Positions 39,461-50,155 of a stretch of DNA of 64,000 nt are shown here, one piece after another (the stretch's first letter is position 1; the number at the start of each line of letters is the position of its first letter). The stretch comes from Candidatus Woesearchaeota archaeon (GTDB lineage Archaea > Nanobdellota > Nanobdellia > Woesearchaeales > 21-14-0-10-32-9), in the NCBI GenBank assembly GCA_021736975.1, contig JAIPET010000001.1, forward strand, positions 26,147-90,146, in the 5' to 3' direction. The notes beneath the pieces are model-generated. The model worked only from the letters and a program-made list of their open reading frames with translations, made no database searches and had not been told where the DNA came from. Position numbers and translations under genes: made by a program.

Positions 39461-40516
39461 TTACAATGATAAGTACTCTACCTTAGAAGTGTTCCCTTTC
39501 TTGCCTCCAAAGACTTTGGTTACGGCAATGTATTTGTTTAATTCTAGAGCTTTTATACGCCTATAGAAGCTCCTGTAGCCTAGATCACCATTAACCTCTT
39601 GATATGCTTTAAAGAGTGCAGGGATGGTTTCTCCGTTCTTCTTTTTTACAAGATCTAGTATGTTTCTTGTAGGTTCATCTAGGTCAGAGCTTCCTTTAAT
39701 CGCATACTTGTCAATCTTATCCAAGATCTTCTTTACATGATCAAGTTTAACATATTTAGATGAAAGATTGTCAGCATATTTTCCAGCTTTCAATAGAATC
39801 AACAAACCACTTCTTATATCTCCACGATCATAAGTTTGATCAACTGCAAATGCGAATGAATCATTTTCAAAACATCCTTTACAAAAAGCATGATCAACTC
39901 TTTCCTTAAGAATTCCTCTTGTTTCTTCTAAATTGTATTTTTTAAATTCTACACATTCAAGAAATAATCTTGATCTAATTCTGTTATCTATTGATGATAA
40001 TAATTTCCCTTTGTGGTTAGTTATTAATATGATGCTGTATCTTAAAATGTGTTCAGTGATTGTGTAAAGAAAATCTAGATCTTCAGCTTTATCAATTTCA
40101 TCGAAGACAAATACTGCACTTGATTTGTTAATCCTATCTGCTATCTCTTTGAATAGTTCAACTCCCTTCTTGTTGTTAGTAAATGGATAATTTAATTGCT
40201 CACAAATATATAAGGCAATTTTGTAAGTAGTATTGTGTTGCCAGCAATTAACATAAATTGGTGTGATAGAGTCTGTTTCTTCTTCAAGCTCTTTAATGAT
40301 ATTTTTACATGCAAGGGTTTTCCCAATACCTGAAGAACCGTAAACTAAAACATTCTCTCCTTTCTGATTTTTGAAGAGAGGTTTTATACAGTTAGCTATT
40401 GCGAACTGATGATTTTCTCTATATCTTATTAGCTTCGGCTGATAGTCGAAATCAAGAACATGAATGTTTTTGAAAACACATTCATCAGCAGTTAGCATAT
40501 CCTTGAACAGTGTCAT
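39461..40516 (-). CDS. Orc1/Cdc6-family AAA+ replication initiator
   Basis: Walker A VYGSSGIGKT, Walker B VFVFDEIDK, C-terminal winged-helix-like region, about 350 aa; AT-rich upstream region with palindromes. Confidence 0.7.
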   Translation of the reverse strand: MTLFKDMLTADECVFKNIHVLDFDYQPKLIRYRENHQFAIANCIKPLFKNQKGENVLVYGSSGIGKTLACKNIIKELEEETDSITPIYVNCWQHNTTYKIALYICEQLNYPFTNNKKGVELFKEIADRINKSSAVFVFDEIDKAEDLDFLYTITEHILRYSIILITNHKGKLLSSIDNRIRSRLFLECVEFKKYNLEETRGILKERVDHAFCKGCFENDSFAFAVDQTYDRGDIRSGLLILLKAGKYADNLSSKYVKLDHVKKILDKIDKYAIKGSSDLDEPTRNILDLVKKKNGETIPALFKAYQEVNGDLGYRSFYRRIKALELNKYIAVTKVFGGKKGNTSKVEYLSL

Positions 40517-40714
40517 TTTTCTGTTTAACTTAATCCTGCTATTTTATAGCATTCCAACTACCTGAAGCTTTAGAGAAAGAAGAATGTATAAATTTGATTA
40601 TCAAATTGGGATAACTTTTTTGGAAGTTTATCCCAAACATTCATCTTACCTGCTTTTTAAAGCCTCGGTGTAGATAAAAGAGCCTAAGAAATATATAAAT
40701 TCTTTGATAACTTG

Positions 40715-40891
40715 TCAAGTCCAAGAGGATTAAACTAGAAGAAGTAAGATTTGACGAGGATAGAACGCCAAATCATTGATTCTGCACTTGACAAAATACA
40801 TAGAGTTTATTCTGCAATATCTTCCATCTTAATATAATCTCATAGAGTCATTTAAATATTGTAGGTCTACTTGTCATGTCTGTCAAGTCTA
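40715..40891. promoter_or_regulatory. ACTTGNCAAGT palindromic motifs in the orc1/cdc6 upstream region (putative operator or origin elements)
   Basis: ACTTGTCAAGT at 40715-40725, a half site at 40780, ACTTGTCATGTCTGTCAAGT at 40871-40890; related ACTTGACTTGACAAGT at 44253-44268 upstream of the second integrase, and 45391-45406. Confidence 0.4.
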
Positions 40892-40894
40892 ACC

Positions 40895-41140
40895 TTATTC
40901 ATTTGCCCAAGACCAAACATCTTCAGGTAAAGCATCTCTTGATGCAGTATCAAGATCATGAATTATTCTTTTTGCTTTCTCAAGTCTATCTTCTTTGATC
41001 AACTGTGCAACATATCTAAAATCGGTTGCATCTGACTTTAATTGACCACCTGCAGGATCAAATTGTTTTCCTTTCTCTAATTGATCTGCTCTAGAGTTTA
41101 ATTCTTTAATAAATAATTCTTTGTTCATTATAATCACCAA
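40895..41140 (-). CDS. hypothetical protein
   Basis: 81-aa ORF. Confidence 0.3.
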   Translation of the reverse strand: MVIIMNKELFIKELNSRADQLEKGKQFDPAGGQLKSDATDFRYVAQLIKEDRLEKAKRIIHDLDTASRDALPEDVWSWANE

Positions 41141-41724
41141 TCTAAAGTCCTACTATACTCGGTGGCTTCTTTTCTTTTTTCAGAATAAGATTTAAGATCC
41201 CATAACATATCGGCTAATTCATCTTTACTTAGATCATTCATCATAACAATAAAGTATTCTTTGTAAGATTCAATCTTTGCTTCTGGAGACAAAGTATCAC
41301 TTTCACGTTCTAAGATTCCCACATATCTCGGATAATCATATCCTTGCGTATCAACTAAAATAAATTCATCTTCTGTTTTAAGTAATACTTTCCACAATCT
41401 ATATTCTGAGAAGTTAAACTCTTGCATTTCATTCCAATCCTTAAATGATTGTTCTCCAATTTCTTTCTCTTGATTCATCATTTCAGATAATTCTGCAGGA
41501 GTAATCTTCCCTGTTGTTTTACCATAAACTTCTTTTAATGATTCAGGTTTTCTTGAAAGTAAAATCCTTTTGTTGTTCTGATTTTCTTGGTCGTTACTCC
41601 CATCTTGAAACCCATCAGTGTATATTTTATCAAAGATGACTTCTAAGTCCTCATCATGTTCTGTAGATTTTACTTTTAACAAGTCCTTTACTTGTTTGAC
41701 AATAGATTTTATGTAATCTCCCAT
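41134..41724 (-). CDS. hypothetical protein
   Basis: 196-aa ORF. Confidence 0.3.
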   Translation of the reverse strand: MGDYIKSIVKQVKDLLKVKSTEHDEDLEVIFDKIYTDGFQDGSNDQENQNNKRILLSRKPESLKEVYGKTTGKITPAELSEMMNQEKEIGEQSFKDWNEMQEFNFSEYRLWKVLLKTEDEFILVDTQGYDYPRYVGILERESDTLSPEAKIESYKEYFIVMMNDLSKDELADMLWDLKSYSEKRKEATEYSRTLDW

Positions 41725-41725
41725 T

Positions 41726-41950
41726 TTAAACCTCTAACCAAGATCTTTCTCTTTGGATTGTTTCAGTAGGAATTATCTCCCCCTTTCGTTTTGATTCGGC
41801 TACGCTAAAATCAAAGATAGCTTCTTCAGTTCCACAACAACTACAAATCATAGTTTTATTATCTCGCCTACTTGTTGCCCCGTAACCTTGTGTGTGGTTA
41901 TGACATCGAGGACATTTCCATATTTTTTTATCCATTTTTATCATCTCCAA
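41726..41950 (-). CDS. zinc-ribbon protein
   Basis: CPRCHNH...CSCCG cysteine pairs. Confidence 0.4.
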   Translation of the reverse strand: MEMIKMDKKIWKCPRCHNHTQGYGATSRRDNKTMICSCCGTEEAIFDFSVAESKRKGEIIPTETIQRERSWLEV

Positions 41951-42125
41951 ATTTTTCTTTGAGTTTCTTGTCTATCATCTCAATATGATTCATTACATCA
42001 TCAGCGTTTGTTTGACTTTTGTCATAGTACCTTTTGATTTTCCAAGTATAACTGCCTCTTGCAGTTCGACTAATTTCGATACTATCTTGTTTATCGTTTT
42101 GTAATTCTTCAGCTTCCAATTTCAT
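41928..42125 (-). CDS. hypothetical protein
   Basis: 65-aa ORF. Confidence 0.25.
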   Translation of the reverse strand: MKLEAEELQNDKQDSIEISRTARGSYTWKIKRYYDKSQTNADDVMNHIEMIDKKLKEKFGDDKNG

Positions 42126-42172
42126 TGTTTATCATCCCCATTATCGGTTCTTGTTTTTTTCTTCATAATATT

Positions 42173-43057
42173 TTAGTCAACCATTTTCTTTACATTGTGT
42201 TTCATAAAGATCTGATTTTGCATCATTGCTATGGCTTCTTCTTCTGCAATGTTTTCTTTTGGTTTAGTGCTTGCTTCTGATTGTGGTGTGATTACAATCT
42301 TCACTAGGTTTGTGAGTTCTGCAATTTGATCTTTAAGACTACTAATCTCTTTGTTGTGCTTTTCTTCTGTCGAATTAAATACGCTATTGACTATGTCTCG
42401 TTTTGCTTTCATGCTTGTTTTGATATATCGTTCAGTTGACCTAAGATTCTTATGCCTTCCACAGATTTGTGCGGCGAATACACCTCTTGAATCACAGATC
42501 TTCTGCAGATAATAATGTCTTAATGTATGATAACTTAGAACCGATAGTTTATGTCCTGTTGCAGATGTGCTATATTTGTGATCAAGCCCAGCTGCTTTTC
42601 TGAACCTTATAGTTCTTGATCTAATTGTTCCAGGACTAAGATGTTTTTCACCAGTGTATGAATACCTTCCAGAACTAGGTGGTCTTCCACACCTCGACAT
42701 GCGACCGTATTTCATCCTCCAAAAGATGTAATTATCAGAAAGAAGTATTTGCTGTTTGTAAGTTAAGATATGATTCTTTAATCTCTCGATCATAAAGTCA
42801 GGAATGATTATCTTTTCTCCTTTCTCTTTGTTTTTTTGTTCAGGGAGGATTAAAGTTTTTTCAACAAAATCTATGTGATCAACTTTTATGCTACAAGTCT
42901 CAATGCTTCTTAATCCTAGTTCACTAGCACAGTAATATATGTTCTCCCAAAACATAACATAGTCTGAATCATACCTTGATTCCACATCTCTTACTGCTTG
43001 CATAAATATATTGAATTGTGCTTCAGTAATTGATTTTTGTTTTGCTTCTTGTGCCAT
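42173..43057 (-). CDS. int: tyrosine recombinase / integrase (paralog 1)
   Basis: LRSIETC (Arg), HTLRHYY (H-x-x-R), RSTERY (Tyr) catalytic residues. Confidence 0.75.
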   Translation of the reverse strand: MAQEAKQKSITEAQFNIFMQAVRDVESRYDSDYVMFWENIYYCASELGLRSIETCSIKVDHIDFVEKTLILPEQKNKEKGEKIIIPDFMIERLKNHILTYKQQILLSDNYIFWRMKYGRMSRCGRPPSSGRYSYTGEKHLSPGTIRSRTIRFRKAAGLDHKYSTSATGHKLSVLSYHTLRHYYLQKICDSRGVFAAQICGRHKNLRSTERYIKTSMKAKRDIVNSVFNSTEEKHNKEISSLKDQIAELTNLVKIVITPQSEASTKPKENIAEEEAIAMMQNQIFMKHNVKKMVD

Positions 43058-43107
43058 AGTTTTATTCTCCAGCGCTCACGCTATCTTGTAAATAATAAAT
43101 GAAAAAA

Positions 43108-43470
43108 TTAAGCCCATAACTTAGTCATAAGCTCCTTTGCGTATGTCGCTATTTCTTGTGGTGTAGCTTTAGATCCAGCATGTATTGTGGCTGTTGCTTT
43201 TAGGCATACTTGTAAATGTATATCTTCTGTTAGAATATCATCTCTTTTAGGTTTAGGTGTTGGACTTGGTTTTGGTTTCTCTGCAGATTTAATCTTTTCA
43301 AAGGATTTTACGTTTCTAAATTTCCCATTGGGGTCATATTCTACTTTTACAGTGTCTCCTTTTTCAAGATCACATTTACCATATCCATTGTACCAGGTAT
43401 CTTCAATTACAAAACCAAACTTAGGACCTTTTCTGCTTACAGCAGTTACTTCTCCAGTTTCAGATGGCAT
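43108..43470 (-). CDS. hypothetical protein
   Basis: 120-aa ORF. Confidence 0.3.
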   Translation of the reverse strand: MPSETGEVTAVSRKGPKFGFVIEDTWYNGYGKCDLEKGDTVKVEYDPNGKFRNVKSFEKIKSAEKPKPSPTPKPKRDDILTEDIHLQVCLKATATIHAGSKATPQEIATYAKELMTKLWA

Positions 43471-43804
43471 TTGGTTTCACCTCTTGAGTCTTTTTGTCCC
43501 ACTCTGTTAAAGAAAACATTCCTTTACCCATAACTTTGAATCTATTCTTTTTGTCAGTTGACATTCTGGCAAAGATTGTGTTTTGTGGTGTGAGTCCTTT
43601 TGACTCTCCTATCTTTAGAACTTCTTCCATTACTTTTTTGTAATGCATTGGTTTGCCAAATTCTTTTAGAATATTGTAGCAGATTTCTCTATGAGATTCT
43701 GCAGTACTTTTTTGTTTCTTTGGCTCTGTTTTAATCTCTGCAGGTTCTTTTTTTGTATCTGCATCGATAACTTTATATGGTTGCTTTTGTTTTTTTCCTT
43801 TCAT
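43460..43804 (-). CDS. wHTH (Mrr-N/HARE-HTH-like) DNA-binding protein
   Basis: HREICYNILKEFGKPMHYKKVMEEVL...TPQNTIFARMSTD...FSLTEW pattern. Confidence 0.35.
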   Translation of the reverse strand: MKGKKQKQPYKVIDADTKKEPAEIKTEPKKQKSTAESHREICYNILKEFGKPMHYKKVMEEVLKIGESKGLTPQNTIFARMSTDKKNRFKVMGKGMFSLTEWDKKTQEVKPNAI

Positions 43805-44350
43805 GGTAGTTTACCTCCGGGTACTCTATCTAGGGATTGAGACACTGCTTTGCGGTTGGGTCTCAGTCCCGCTCATAATTATATGAGTATTATTTTGTTT
43901 TGCAGTTTTCTTTTAAGATCACATAAACCTCCTTTCCAATGTGTTTCTTTAGATATGGTATTACTGCTCCATTTCCTGATTTATTTACAGGTCTTATTTC
44001 TATATCTTCAGGTTCTACTATGATCGTCCTTGTTTTAATTTGTGTTTTATTAGGCATTTGTATCGTCCTCGTAAATTATGGTTATGTCTATACATTAAGA
44101 GACTATCCTTCTATATAAATCTTGTCATGAAATGAGCTATTTTTAGCGGATATTTCGCTGTCATATCTGCGTGATAATAGCAGATACATACTAGACTTGA
44201 CTAACATAATCCAGTTAATTTCTCCTCAACAAATAGCAGTTTTCAAAGCTAAATCGATTTGGACTTGACTTGACAAGTAGGGAGATTTCCCTTATAAGGG
44301 TGTACAATTTCTGTTACATCATATCAATACATTAATGGGGGTAATGTAAT

Positions 44351-45349
44351 TTGGAATCGAAAAACTCAAGAGGTCCGTTCGGACATCGAAACGAAGCTAA
44401 AGAAAAAACAATAACAGATGAACAATTCGAGAGATTCATTAAAGCAGTTGCATTTGTAGAAGAACCTGAGTATATCGCTTTTTGGGAGAACATATACTAT
44501 TGTGCATCATACTTGGGTCTTAGAAGTATTGAAACATGCAAAGTAAGAATAGAAGATATTGACTTTTTAGCCAAAACCCTCACATTACCCGAACAAAAGA
44601 ATAAGGTTCGATTTGAAAAGATCATTATCCCTGATTTCATGCTTGAAAGACTAAAAGAACACATAATAAAATACAAAGCCCAAATTATCATAAATTCAGA
44701 ATATGGTAGCTTAATTCACGATCCAAGAATCATATCCAAAGCAAAAAAGCAAGAACTCAAAGGAGAATATTATCTCTTCTGGAGAATGAAGCAAAAAATC
44801 AGAGGTTGTAAACGATACAATGAGAAACACATGGATACTTCTACTATCAGAACTCACTTAATCAAAACTAGAAAGACTGCAGGTCTTGACATGAAATACG
44901 GAATGACCAACACAGGTCATGCATTATCCATCCTAAGTTACCATACCCTTAGGCATTATTATCTGCAGAAGATTTGTGATCAAAGAGGAGTCTTTGCGGC
45001 TCAGATAAGTGGTCGACATAAGAATTTACGATCTACAGAAAGATATTTGACAACTTCATTAACAGCCAAACAATCTATTGTCAATGAAGTATTCAATGTT
45101 CAATCACAACATGAATCGGCAGAAATTGCATCTCTAAAACATGAGATCCAGGAGCTGAAAGAAATTATGAAGGCTTCTGTCTTGCTTAGCAATGGCAATC
45201 CCAGAAACATCAAAAATCAAAATAGGATAGCAGTAGAAGAATCAGAAAGTTATATGCAAAATCGAGCATTGTATCAGGCTCGTAAGATCAGACGAGTGAC
45301 CGAAGAAACTGAAGTCAGAAAAGAAGTTGTTGTAGGTGAACAATTTTAA
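44351..45349 (+). CDS. int: tyrosine recombinase / integrase (paralog 2)
   Basis: About 60% identical to 42173..43057 across the catalytic region, same R/H-x-x-R/Y residues. Confidence 0.75.
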   Translation: MESKNSRGPFGHRNEAKEKTITDEQFERFIKAVAFVEEPEYIAFWENIYYCASYLGLRSIETCKVRIEDIDFLAKTLTLPEQKNKVRFEKIIIPDFMLERLKEHIIKYKAQIIINSEYGSLIHDPRIISKAKKQELKGEYYLFWRMKQKIRGCKRYNEKHMDTSTIRTHLIKTRKTAGLDMKYGMTNTGHALSILSYHTLRHYYLQKICDQRGVFAAQISGRHKNLRSTERYLTTSLTAKQSIVNEVFNVQSQHESAEIASLKHEIQELKEIMKASVLLSNGNPRNIKNQNRIAVEESESYMQNRALYQARKIRRVTEETEVRKEVVVGEQF

Positions 45350-45666
45350 TCTGATTCAAGATCATACAATTTTTTGCATATCTCTTTCTTGGACTTGTCC
45401 ACTTGACAGGGCAACCGAAAACTATATATCTGTCCTATGTTTTAATGATTGTAAGTTTCCCTTAACCAAGATTCATTCCAGAAAAGGTCTGATTCGGGTT
45501 ATAACGAATTTGGGGAAAGCGTTATATTCTTGTAACGGAAATATAAATGTTTCGATTATTTATCACTATAAAGTAACAAAATTATTGTTTGTGTTTTTTA
45601 TAGTTATTTATGAATATAGCTTAAAATATAGTTAGCTTTTTATAAAGAGGATTTTTTTTTAAAATA

Positions 45667-48069
45667 ATGAAATACGAATTAATAGGATTAGGAAACCCGA
45701 TGATGGATATAATGTTAGAAGTCTCTGATGAAAAATTACAAGAATTAAATTTACAAAAAGGACAATGCAACTTAGTAGATGAAGAAACAATAAAAAAATT
45801 AGAATCGCAAATAGATGAATCAAATGGAAAATTGATTTTAGGCGGATCAGTATCAAATATGATTGCAATATTCTCGCAATTAGGCGGAAAATCAAAATTT
45901 ATAGGAAAAATAGGTTCTGACAAAATAGGTCAAAAATATGAAGAAGGAATGAAAAAAATAGGAGTAGATCCAAATCTAATAATTTCTGAAAAAATGACAG
46001 GACGAAATTTAAATTTTGTGACTCCAGACTCAGAAAGAACAATGACAGTTCATCTAGGTTCTGCATTAACATTAAGATCAGAAGACATATCAGAAGAGAT
46101 AATACAAGAAACAAAATATTTCCAAGTAGCAGGATACGTATTAGAAGACGAAAATCTAAGAACTGCAACAATAAAAGCATTCAAAATAGCAAAACAAAAA
46201 GGAGCAAAAATATCAATAGACTTAGCAGATCCATGGCTGGTAGAAAGATGTAAAAACTCTTTATTAGATATAGTTAAAGAACACGCAGACATATTATTTG
46301 CAAACGAAGAAGAAGCAAAAAAAATAACAGGAAAAGAAACAGCAAAAGAATCAATAGAAGAACTATCAAAATATGTAGATTTAGTAATTGTAAAAATAGG
46401 AAAAGAAGGAAGCATAATAAAAAAACAAAACGAAAAAATAATCACAATAAAAGGATTTAAAGTAGAAGCAAAAGACACAACAGGAGCAGGGGATAGCTAC
46501 GCAGGAGCATTCTTATATGGATTAACACAAAATTGGCCACTAGAAAAAACAGGAAAACTAGCATCCTTTATAGCATCAGAAGTTGTAAAAATCATAGGTG
46601 CAAGATTAACAAAAATACCTGAATACGAACACATATTCAAAAATACATTTTCAACGGAGGAAACAAAAATGGATTATAAAGTAGCAGATATATCGCAAGC
46701 AAAATACGGAAGACAAGAAATAACAATAGCAGAAAAAGAAATGCCAGGACTAATAGCACTAAGAGAAAAATACGGCGAAGAAAAACCACTAAAAGGCGCA
46801 AAAATAATGGGCTCACTACACATGACAATACAAACCGCAGTACTCATAGAAACATTATCTGAATTAGGAGCAGACGTAAGATGGTGCTCATGCAATATTT
46901 ATAGTACACAAGACCATGCAGCAGCAGCAATAGCACAAACAGGAATACCTGTATTTGCATGGAAAGGAGAAACACTAAAAGAATACTGGTGGTGCACAGA
47001 ACAAGCACTAACTTGGCCAGATGGAACAGGACCAGACCTAATAGTTGATGATGGAAGCGACGCAACAATGCTCGTTCACAAAGGAGCTGCAGCTGAAAAA
47101 AATCCTGCTTTGCTAAACATTGATTACAGTAGTGAGGGTGAAGATTACCAAGAACTAATAAAATTAATAAAAGAATCATATCAAAAAGACAAAACTAAAT
47201 GGACAAAAATCGCTGAATACATAAAAGGAGTAAGCGAAGAAACAACAACAGGCGTAAATAGACTATACCAAATGATGAAAAACAAAGAATTACTATTTCC
47301 TGCAATAAACGTGAATGACTCAGTAACAAAAAGCAAATTTGACAACCTATACGGCTGCAGAGAATCATTAGCAGACGGAATCAAAAGAGGAACAGACGTA
47401 ATGATAGCAGGAAAAAAAGTTTTAGTATGCGGATATGGAGATGTAGGGAAAGGATGCGCACACAGCATGAAAAGCTATGGTGCTAGAGTTACAGTAACCG
47501 AAATAGATCCAATATGCGCATTACAAGCAGCAATGGAAGGATACGAAGTAAAAACCATTGAAGATGTCGTATCGGATGTAGATATATTTGTAACAACAAC
47601 AGGAAATAAAGACATAATAACAATACAGCACATGGAAAAAATGAAAGACAACGCAATAGTTTGCAACATCGGACATTTTGACAACGAAATCCAAGTAGAA
47701 AAACTAGAAAAATATCCAGGAATAAAAGAAGAAAACATAAAACCACAAGTAGACAAATTCGAATTCCCAGACGGACATTCAATAGTTTTACTAAGTAGAG
47801 GAAGACTAGTAAATCTAGGAAATGCAACAGGACACCCAAGCTTTGTAATGAGTAACAGTTTTACAAACCAAGTACTAGCACAAATAGAACTATGGAAAAA
47901 CAAACACGAAATAGGAGTAAGCGTACTTCCAAAAGAACTAGACGAAGAAGTAGCAAGACTGCACTTAGCAAAAATAGGAGTGAAACTAACTAAACTAAGC
48001 AAAGAACAAGCAGACTACATAAACGTTAAACAAGAAGGACCATATAAACCAAATCACTATAGGTATTAA
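45667..48069 (+). CDS. fused adenosine kinase (PfkB family) and S-adenosyl-L-homocysteine hydrolase
   Basis: N-terminal half has the PfkB signature [13 protein letters not shown]; C-terminal half has SAHH hallmarks ([20 protein letters not shown]-binding [10 protein letters not shown]); single uninterrupted 800-aa ORF. Confidence 0.8.
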   Translation: MKYELIGLGNPMMDIMLEVSDEKLQELNLQKGQCNLVDEETIKKLESQIDESNGKLILGGSVSNMIAIFSQLGGKSKFIGKIGSDKIGQKYEEGMKKIGVDPNLIISEKMTGRNLNFVTPDSERTMTVHLGSALTLRSEDISEEIIQETKYFQVAGYVLEDENLRTATIKAFKIAKQKGAKISIDLADPWLVERCKNSLLDIVKEHADILFANEEEAKKITGKETAKESIEELSKYVDLVIVKIGKEGSIIKKQNEKIITIKGFKVEAKDTTGAGDSYAGAFLYGLTQNWPLEKTGKLASFIASEVVKIIGARLTKIPEYEHIFKNTFSTEETKMDYKVADISQAKYGRQEITIAEKEMPGLIALREKYGEEKPLKGAKIMGSLHMTIQTAVLIETLSELGADVRWCSCNIYSTQDHAAAAIAQTGIPVFAWKGETLKEYWWCTEQALTWPDGTGPDLIVDDGSDATMLVHKGAAAEKNPALLNIDYSSEGEDYQELIKLIKESYQKDKTKWTKIAEYIKGVSEETTTGVNRLYQMMKNKELLFPAINVNDSVTKSKFDNLYGCRESLADGIKRGTDVMIAGKKVLVCGYGDVGKGCAHSMKSYGARVTVTEIDPICALQAAMEGYEVKTIEDVVSDVDIFVTTTGNKDIITIQHMEKMKDNAIVCNIGHFDNEIQVEKLEKYPGIKEENIKPQVDKFEFPDGHSIVLLSRGRLVNLGNATGHPSFVMSNSFTNQVLAQIELWKNKHEIGVSVLPKELDEEVARLHLAKIGVKLTKLSKEQADYINVKQEGPYKPNHYRY

Positions 48070-48258
48070 TTTTTTTTTTATTTTTTACTTTTTGGGCATG
48101 CATAAATTATGTATTTATATCCGCGGAAAAAATATGGATGCGACCGTAATCAGCTAATGCTGATTGAATATAGTTGTTTTATGTGTTTTTTCTGCAAGAA
48201 AAAAAGCCGAAGGCTCAGTTCAAAAAATATTTTTCGCACTTCTTCAAAAACGAGCTTT

Positions 48259-48717
48259 TTACTTTTCAAAATAAGTTTTATATGACCTTAAAGTTGCATT
48301 TCCTATGCTTCTTGAACCAAAATTCCTATATAGAAATCCTAAAAATCCTGGAAATTGTACATTACTTATAATTAGATGAAAATTGACAACCTTGCCTTTA
48401 CTAGAAAACTCACAAAAATAATGTGACTTTCCATTCATCTTTTTTCCGGCTTGGTATTCTTCATCGAATTCAATTACAAATTTATCTGTTTGGACACTTT
48501 TAACAATATTTGTACGTTTCATAAGTCCTTCATTGTTTTTAATTATTACAAAATCCTTCCCTTCCTTATCCAAAACAACATTTGAAATTCCAGGCATTAG
48601 GCTAACTACACCAACAAAATGTTTCCCAATTTCTGCAAGTGATTTTTTAACTTTTTGTATATCGCAATCAATTTGATTAGAACCATCGAACCAAACAGAT
48701 TTTTTTAATTTAGTCAT
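48259..48717 (-). CDS. hypothetical protein
   Basis: 152-aa ORF bracketed by an 18-bp perfect inverted repeat. Confidence 0.4.
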   Translation of the reverse strand: MTKLKKSVWFDGSNQIDCDIQKVKKSLAEIGKHFVGVVSLMPGISNVVLDKEGKDFVIIKNNEGLMKRTNIVKSVQTDKFVIEFDEEYQAGKKMNGKSHYFCEFSSKGKVVNFHLIISNVQFPGFLGFLYRNFGSRSIGNATLRSYKTYFEK

Positions 48718-48897
48718 ATAAAACTTATTTCTTTATTATTATATAAATGTATTCGTCATCCAAGATAAATATTTTTTTAATTGAATGCGCTATGTGTTAA
48801 ATGATTGTGTGGTAGAATGAAAGAAGCAATATTTTGTTTAAATGTTGATAAGTTGTGTGAGGCAAAGTCGAAACCCGTAGATTTTTATTATTGCGCG

Positions 48898-49179
48898 TTA
48901 TTTGTAAATATTTTTTCTATGGCCTATTTCAATAACAATAATTAAAAGTTTGCCTGCTTTAATGTCAATAATTACTCTATAGTCTCCAACTCGTAATCTA
49001 AAATAAGGAGAAGCAACTAATTTTTTAACGTGAGAATGTGGTCTAATTCTACATCTTTCTAATGTAGAAATAATTCTTCTAGAATCTTGTTTATTTAGTT
49101 TATTTAGGAATTTTTTAGATTCGTTTGTAAAAAAAAGATCAAACACTAAAAAATCACCTCGTGATTTTGTGTGCACCAA
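48898..49179 (-). CDS. RelE/ParE-family type II toxin
   Basis: ...YFRLRVGDYRVIIDI...IIVIEIGHRKNIYK. Confidence 0.7.
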   Translation of the reverse strand: MVHTKSRGDFLVFDLFFTNESKKFLNKLNKQDSRRIISTLERCRIRPHSHVKKLVASPYFRLRVGDYRVIIDIKAGKLLIIVIEIGHRKNIYK

Positions 49180-49203
49180 AAATTTTTAATTTTTAAGTGC
49201 ATT

Positions 49204-49422
49204 TTACATTCCTAATTCCTTTTTAACATCTTCAAGAGAATAAACTCTTCCTGCTTTAATATCTTCTTCAGCTAGTTTGATTCTTTTTTTAGTTTCTTCA
49301 GATAATTCCATGGAATCCTCTAAAGCATCCCAAATTACTTCTTCATAAGATTCTTTATCATACATCTTTCTCTCTTTTAGTTTTGAGAGCAATTCTTGAC
49401 TTACTGATATTGTTGTTGCCAT
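49204..49422 (-). CDS. antitoxin candidate (RelB-like) upstream of RelE
   Basis: 72-aa acidic protein immediately upstream of and co-oriented with the toxin. Confidence 0.45.
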   Translation of the reverse strand: MATTISVSQELLSKLKERKMYDKESYEEVIWDALEDSMELSEETKKRIKLAEEDIKAGRVYSLEDVKKELGM

Positions 49423-49999
49423 AACAACTATATAATTGACTATATATATAAATATTTTGTTTTTTTAAGGCTTAAAAGAAAATTAGAACCTAAATACAAT
49501 TGCAACTAATCCTTGTAGGGCTGAAATTTAGTACCTCGTTCCGAAGGAAAATTTTTGAGTAAGCGGGCGGGCGACATTCTAAGCAAATTGGGATAGGATT
49601 ACTAAAGAAATTATTGCAAGAACAGATTTAATACCTGTATCGGGACATGAATATACTCATAGAGTGCAACATAACAATGGAGTTGTGTCTAAAAAATATT
49701 CAATATTTATGGAAGGTCATGCAAGGGGAGTGCAAAGACAATTATCTGAAGATTATCAAGAGTGAGAAGACAACGAAGCATTTCTCTATAACATTTTGGA
49801 CATCACAGTTGGAGAATTTAAAAGTACATATTTATGGATGTGTAAAAAGTTAGGCCAAGAACCAAGTAAAAGTTTGTTAAAAACAAAAAGCATACGAAGC
49901 AGGAAGAAAATAAATTTTACTTTTTTTTAGCTTTCCTTTATTCTTATTTTATCTTTCGGTTTAGTCAAAGCCCTATTCTATTTTTAGCCCAAATCTCAA

Positions 50000-50042
50000 A
50001 TTGCAATTAATCCTTGTTATACGTTTTTTCTGCAAGAAAAAA
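50000..50042 (+). repeat. dif-like site followed by the hairpin TTTTTTCTGCAAGAAAAAA; start of a 130-bp repeat module
   Basis: ATTGCAATTAA-TCCTTG-TTATACG then a perfect 8-bp stem with GCA loop; the module 50000-50130 is about 95% identical to 56125-56245. Confidence 0.6.
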
Positions 50043-50155
50043 AGCTGAAGGCTCAGTTAAATTTTCACGTTAATAAATATCGACCAAAGGGAGCCTATAT
50101 GTCCGAAGGACGAGTTGGGGCGTTTTAAATAGTTAAATATATAATGAGTTAATGT

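Noticed and set aside
43805-44350. tRNA gene as integration target between the two integrases
   Set aside because: No T-loop (GTTCRAATC) or cloverleaf-compatible sequence was found by eye. Only a simple hairpin (gagac...gtctc) at 43840-43866.
45659-48002. Many long minus-strand and alternative-frame ORFs (78-175 aa) overlapping the kinase-hydrolase gene
   Set aside because: They are leucine- and phenylalanine-rich low-complexity translations of the antisense of a strongly A-rich coding strand, typical frame-shadow artefacts without motifs or start context.
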